A stretch of DNA of 64,000 bases from an uncultured Nitrososphaerales archaeon (lineage in GTDB: Archaea > Thermoproteota > Nitrososphaeria > Nitrososphaerales > Nitrososphaeraceae): the NCBI GenBank assembly GCA_963695855.1, contig CAVOHZ010000010.1:992001-1056000 (forward strand). The letters are read 5' to 3'. The notes under the pieces are model-generated. The model did no database searches. It had not been told where the DNA came from and worked only from the letters and a program-made list of their open reading frames with translations. The translations under genes were made by a program, and so were the position numbers. Below, piece by piece: positions 62,880 through 64,000 of the stretch (the first letter of the stretch is position 1; each line of letters begins with the position of its first letter).

Positions 62880-64000
62880 TTAATAGTTTCCTCTAATATC
62901 TATCTCTTTTGATACAGGAGATGCTTTTAGATTCGTGTAGGGATAAATGTTTATGTTATATTTCTTTATGGAATTATCTGGTTTGACGGTTTCTATTAAA
63001 TGGGTCTCCGCAATTAATGCTTTATGGAATGTACCTTTTTTACTTGTTTCCTTCAAGATCTTTTTATATCCATTATCAGAAATTATTACATAATCAACAG
63101 TTTTCAGTGGTTTGGATGAGAAGAAGCTCCTCTCATCCATATCTATATGGAATATTTGCTCAGGAATCCAGACATATATTGGACTGCTTACTAAAGTTAC
63201 AGTACCGTTGCTTTTTAGCATATAGTCTATCACCACGGACTGTGCTTTTATGATTGAAGAATTAGCATCGATAGAGAGAAGAATAATGGTACTAGCCAAT
63301 CCAAATATAGTAATTGCAGATGTTACCGCATACGGTGTTATTTTTCTTATTTTTATATTTGGAATACGATCGGATAATTCGACTATTAGTTTTGCTCCTG
63401 CTATTGAAAATGCCGGCATCAAAGGAATAAAATGAAAGGAAGACACAAAATCAATCCAGTATAGAAATAGCAAGAAGGGGATACTAAATAACAAGATGAA
63501 AAAATCTTTCCTAATAGCCGCGTAGACAAGACCACCAACTCCCAATATGAATAAAACTGGATCCGATTCTGCAAAAGACGTGAAGGAATTGACCAGAGGC
63601 TTGCTTTCTCTTTGAGTTTGGTGTAATACATCATCAATCCAGATATTTAATTCACCTATGGAATATGCATGTGCTGGCCATAACAATGGAATAAGAAAAA
63701 CTGGAATAAACCAAAGTCCAAGGCTTTTTAGTTTTTTGTTAGGACTATTTGTATATACAAGATAACCTATAAGTGGAATCATTGTAAAAACAGGAATCTT
63801 GGTAAATATAGATAGACCTAAAAATGCACCTGAAAGAAGAATTAAAGAGATATTTCTGAAACCCAATGTATTTTTCGCCTGGTCAGAATTCTGTTTCAAA
63901 TAAAGTATTAGGAGAATCGAAGTCAACAGTAATGGTAATTGTATCGATTCTAGAAATATTCGTCTTAGTGCCCACCCGTAGGGTACAACTGCAAAAAAAA
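62880..64000 (-). CDS. GT-C membrane glycosyltransferase (GT39/ArnT-like), 5'-partial
   Basis: LSGAFLGLSIFTKIP motif and multiple TM helices; frame continues to the window edge (RRIFLESIQLP). Confidence 0.8.
   Translation of the reverse strand, partial: FFAVVPYGWALRRIFLESIQLPLLLTSILLILYLKQNSDQAKNTLGFRNISLILLSGAFLGLSIFTKIPVFTMIPLIGYLVYTNSPNKKLKSLGLWFIPVFLIPLLWPAHAYSIGELNIWIDDVLHQTQRESKPLVNSFTSFAESDPVLFILGVGGLVYAAIRKDFFILLFSIPFLLFLYWIDFVSSFHFIPLMPAFSIAGAKLIVELSDRIPNIKIRKITPYAVTSAITIFGLASTIILLSIDANSSIIKAQSVVIDYMLKSNGTVTLVSSPIYVWIPEQIFHIDMDERSFFSSKPLKTVDYVIISDNGYKKILKETSKKGTFHKALIAETHLIETVKPDNSIKKYNINIYPYTNLKASPVSKEIDIRGNY

Overview
AT-rich archaeal chromosome window, most consistent with a soil ammonia-oxidising archaeon of the Nitrososphaeraceae. 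This assignment is inferred from archaeal-type EF-2, ThrRS, PurP, FBP aldolase/phosphatase, TpiA, DpsL and F420-type oxidoreductases, plus family-typical PQQ/GT39/beta-helix paralogues. Intact housekeeping blocks (about 19.8-31.3 kb and 38-52.7 kb) alternate with accessory or decaying DNA (about 4-19.7 kb, 31.4-33.9 kb, 56-61.4 kb). No rRNA, tRNA or CRISPR array was recognised. Highlights: (1) a cytoplasmic protein carrying the full motif set of eukaryotic peptide:N-glycanase (Png1/NGLY1), next to a complete IS5 element; (2) a candidate uronic-acid exopolysaccharide system made of a short nucleotide-sugar dehydrogenase, a HAS/NodC-type processive GT2, a secreted GH5-like hydrolase and an AlgG-like beta-helix lacking the catalytic DPH motif; (3) three TTAGG-N5-CTAA DtxR-like boxes around an FTR1 iron-uptake locus; (4) an 8 x 28-bp spacerless tandem array that is an amplification of a gene's last codons and stop; (5) a fragmented ~2.4-kb gene that reconstructs to a TM-HD-methyltransferase fusion. 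All family calls come from motif recognition by eye; no searches were run.
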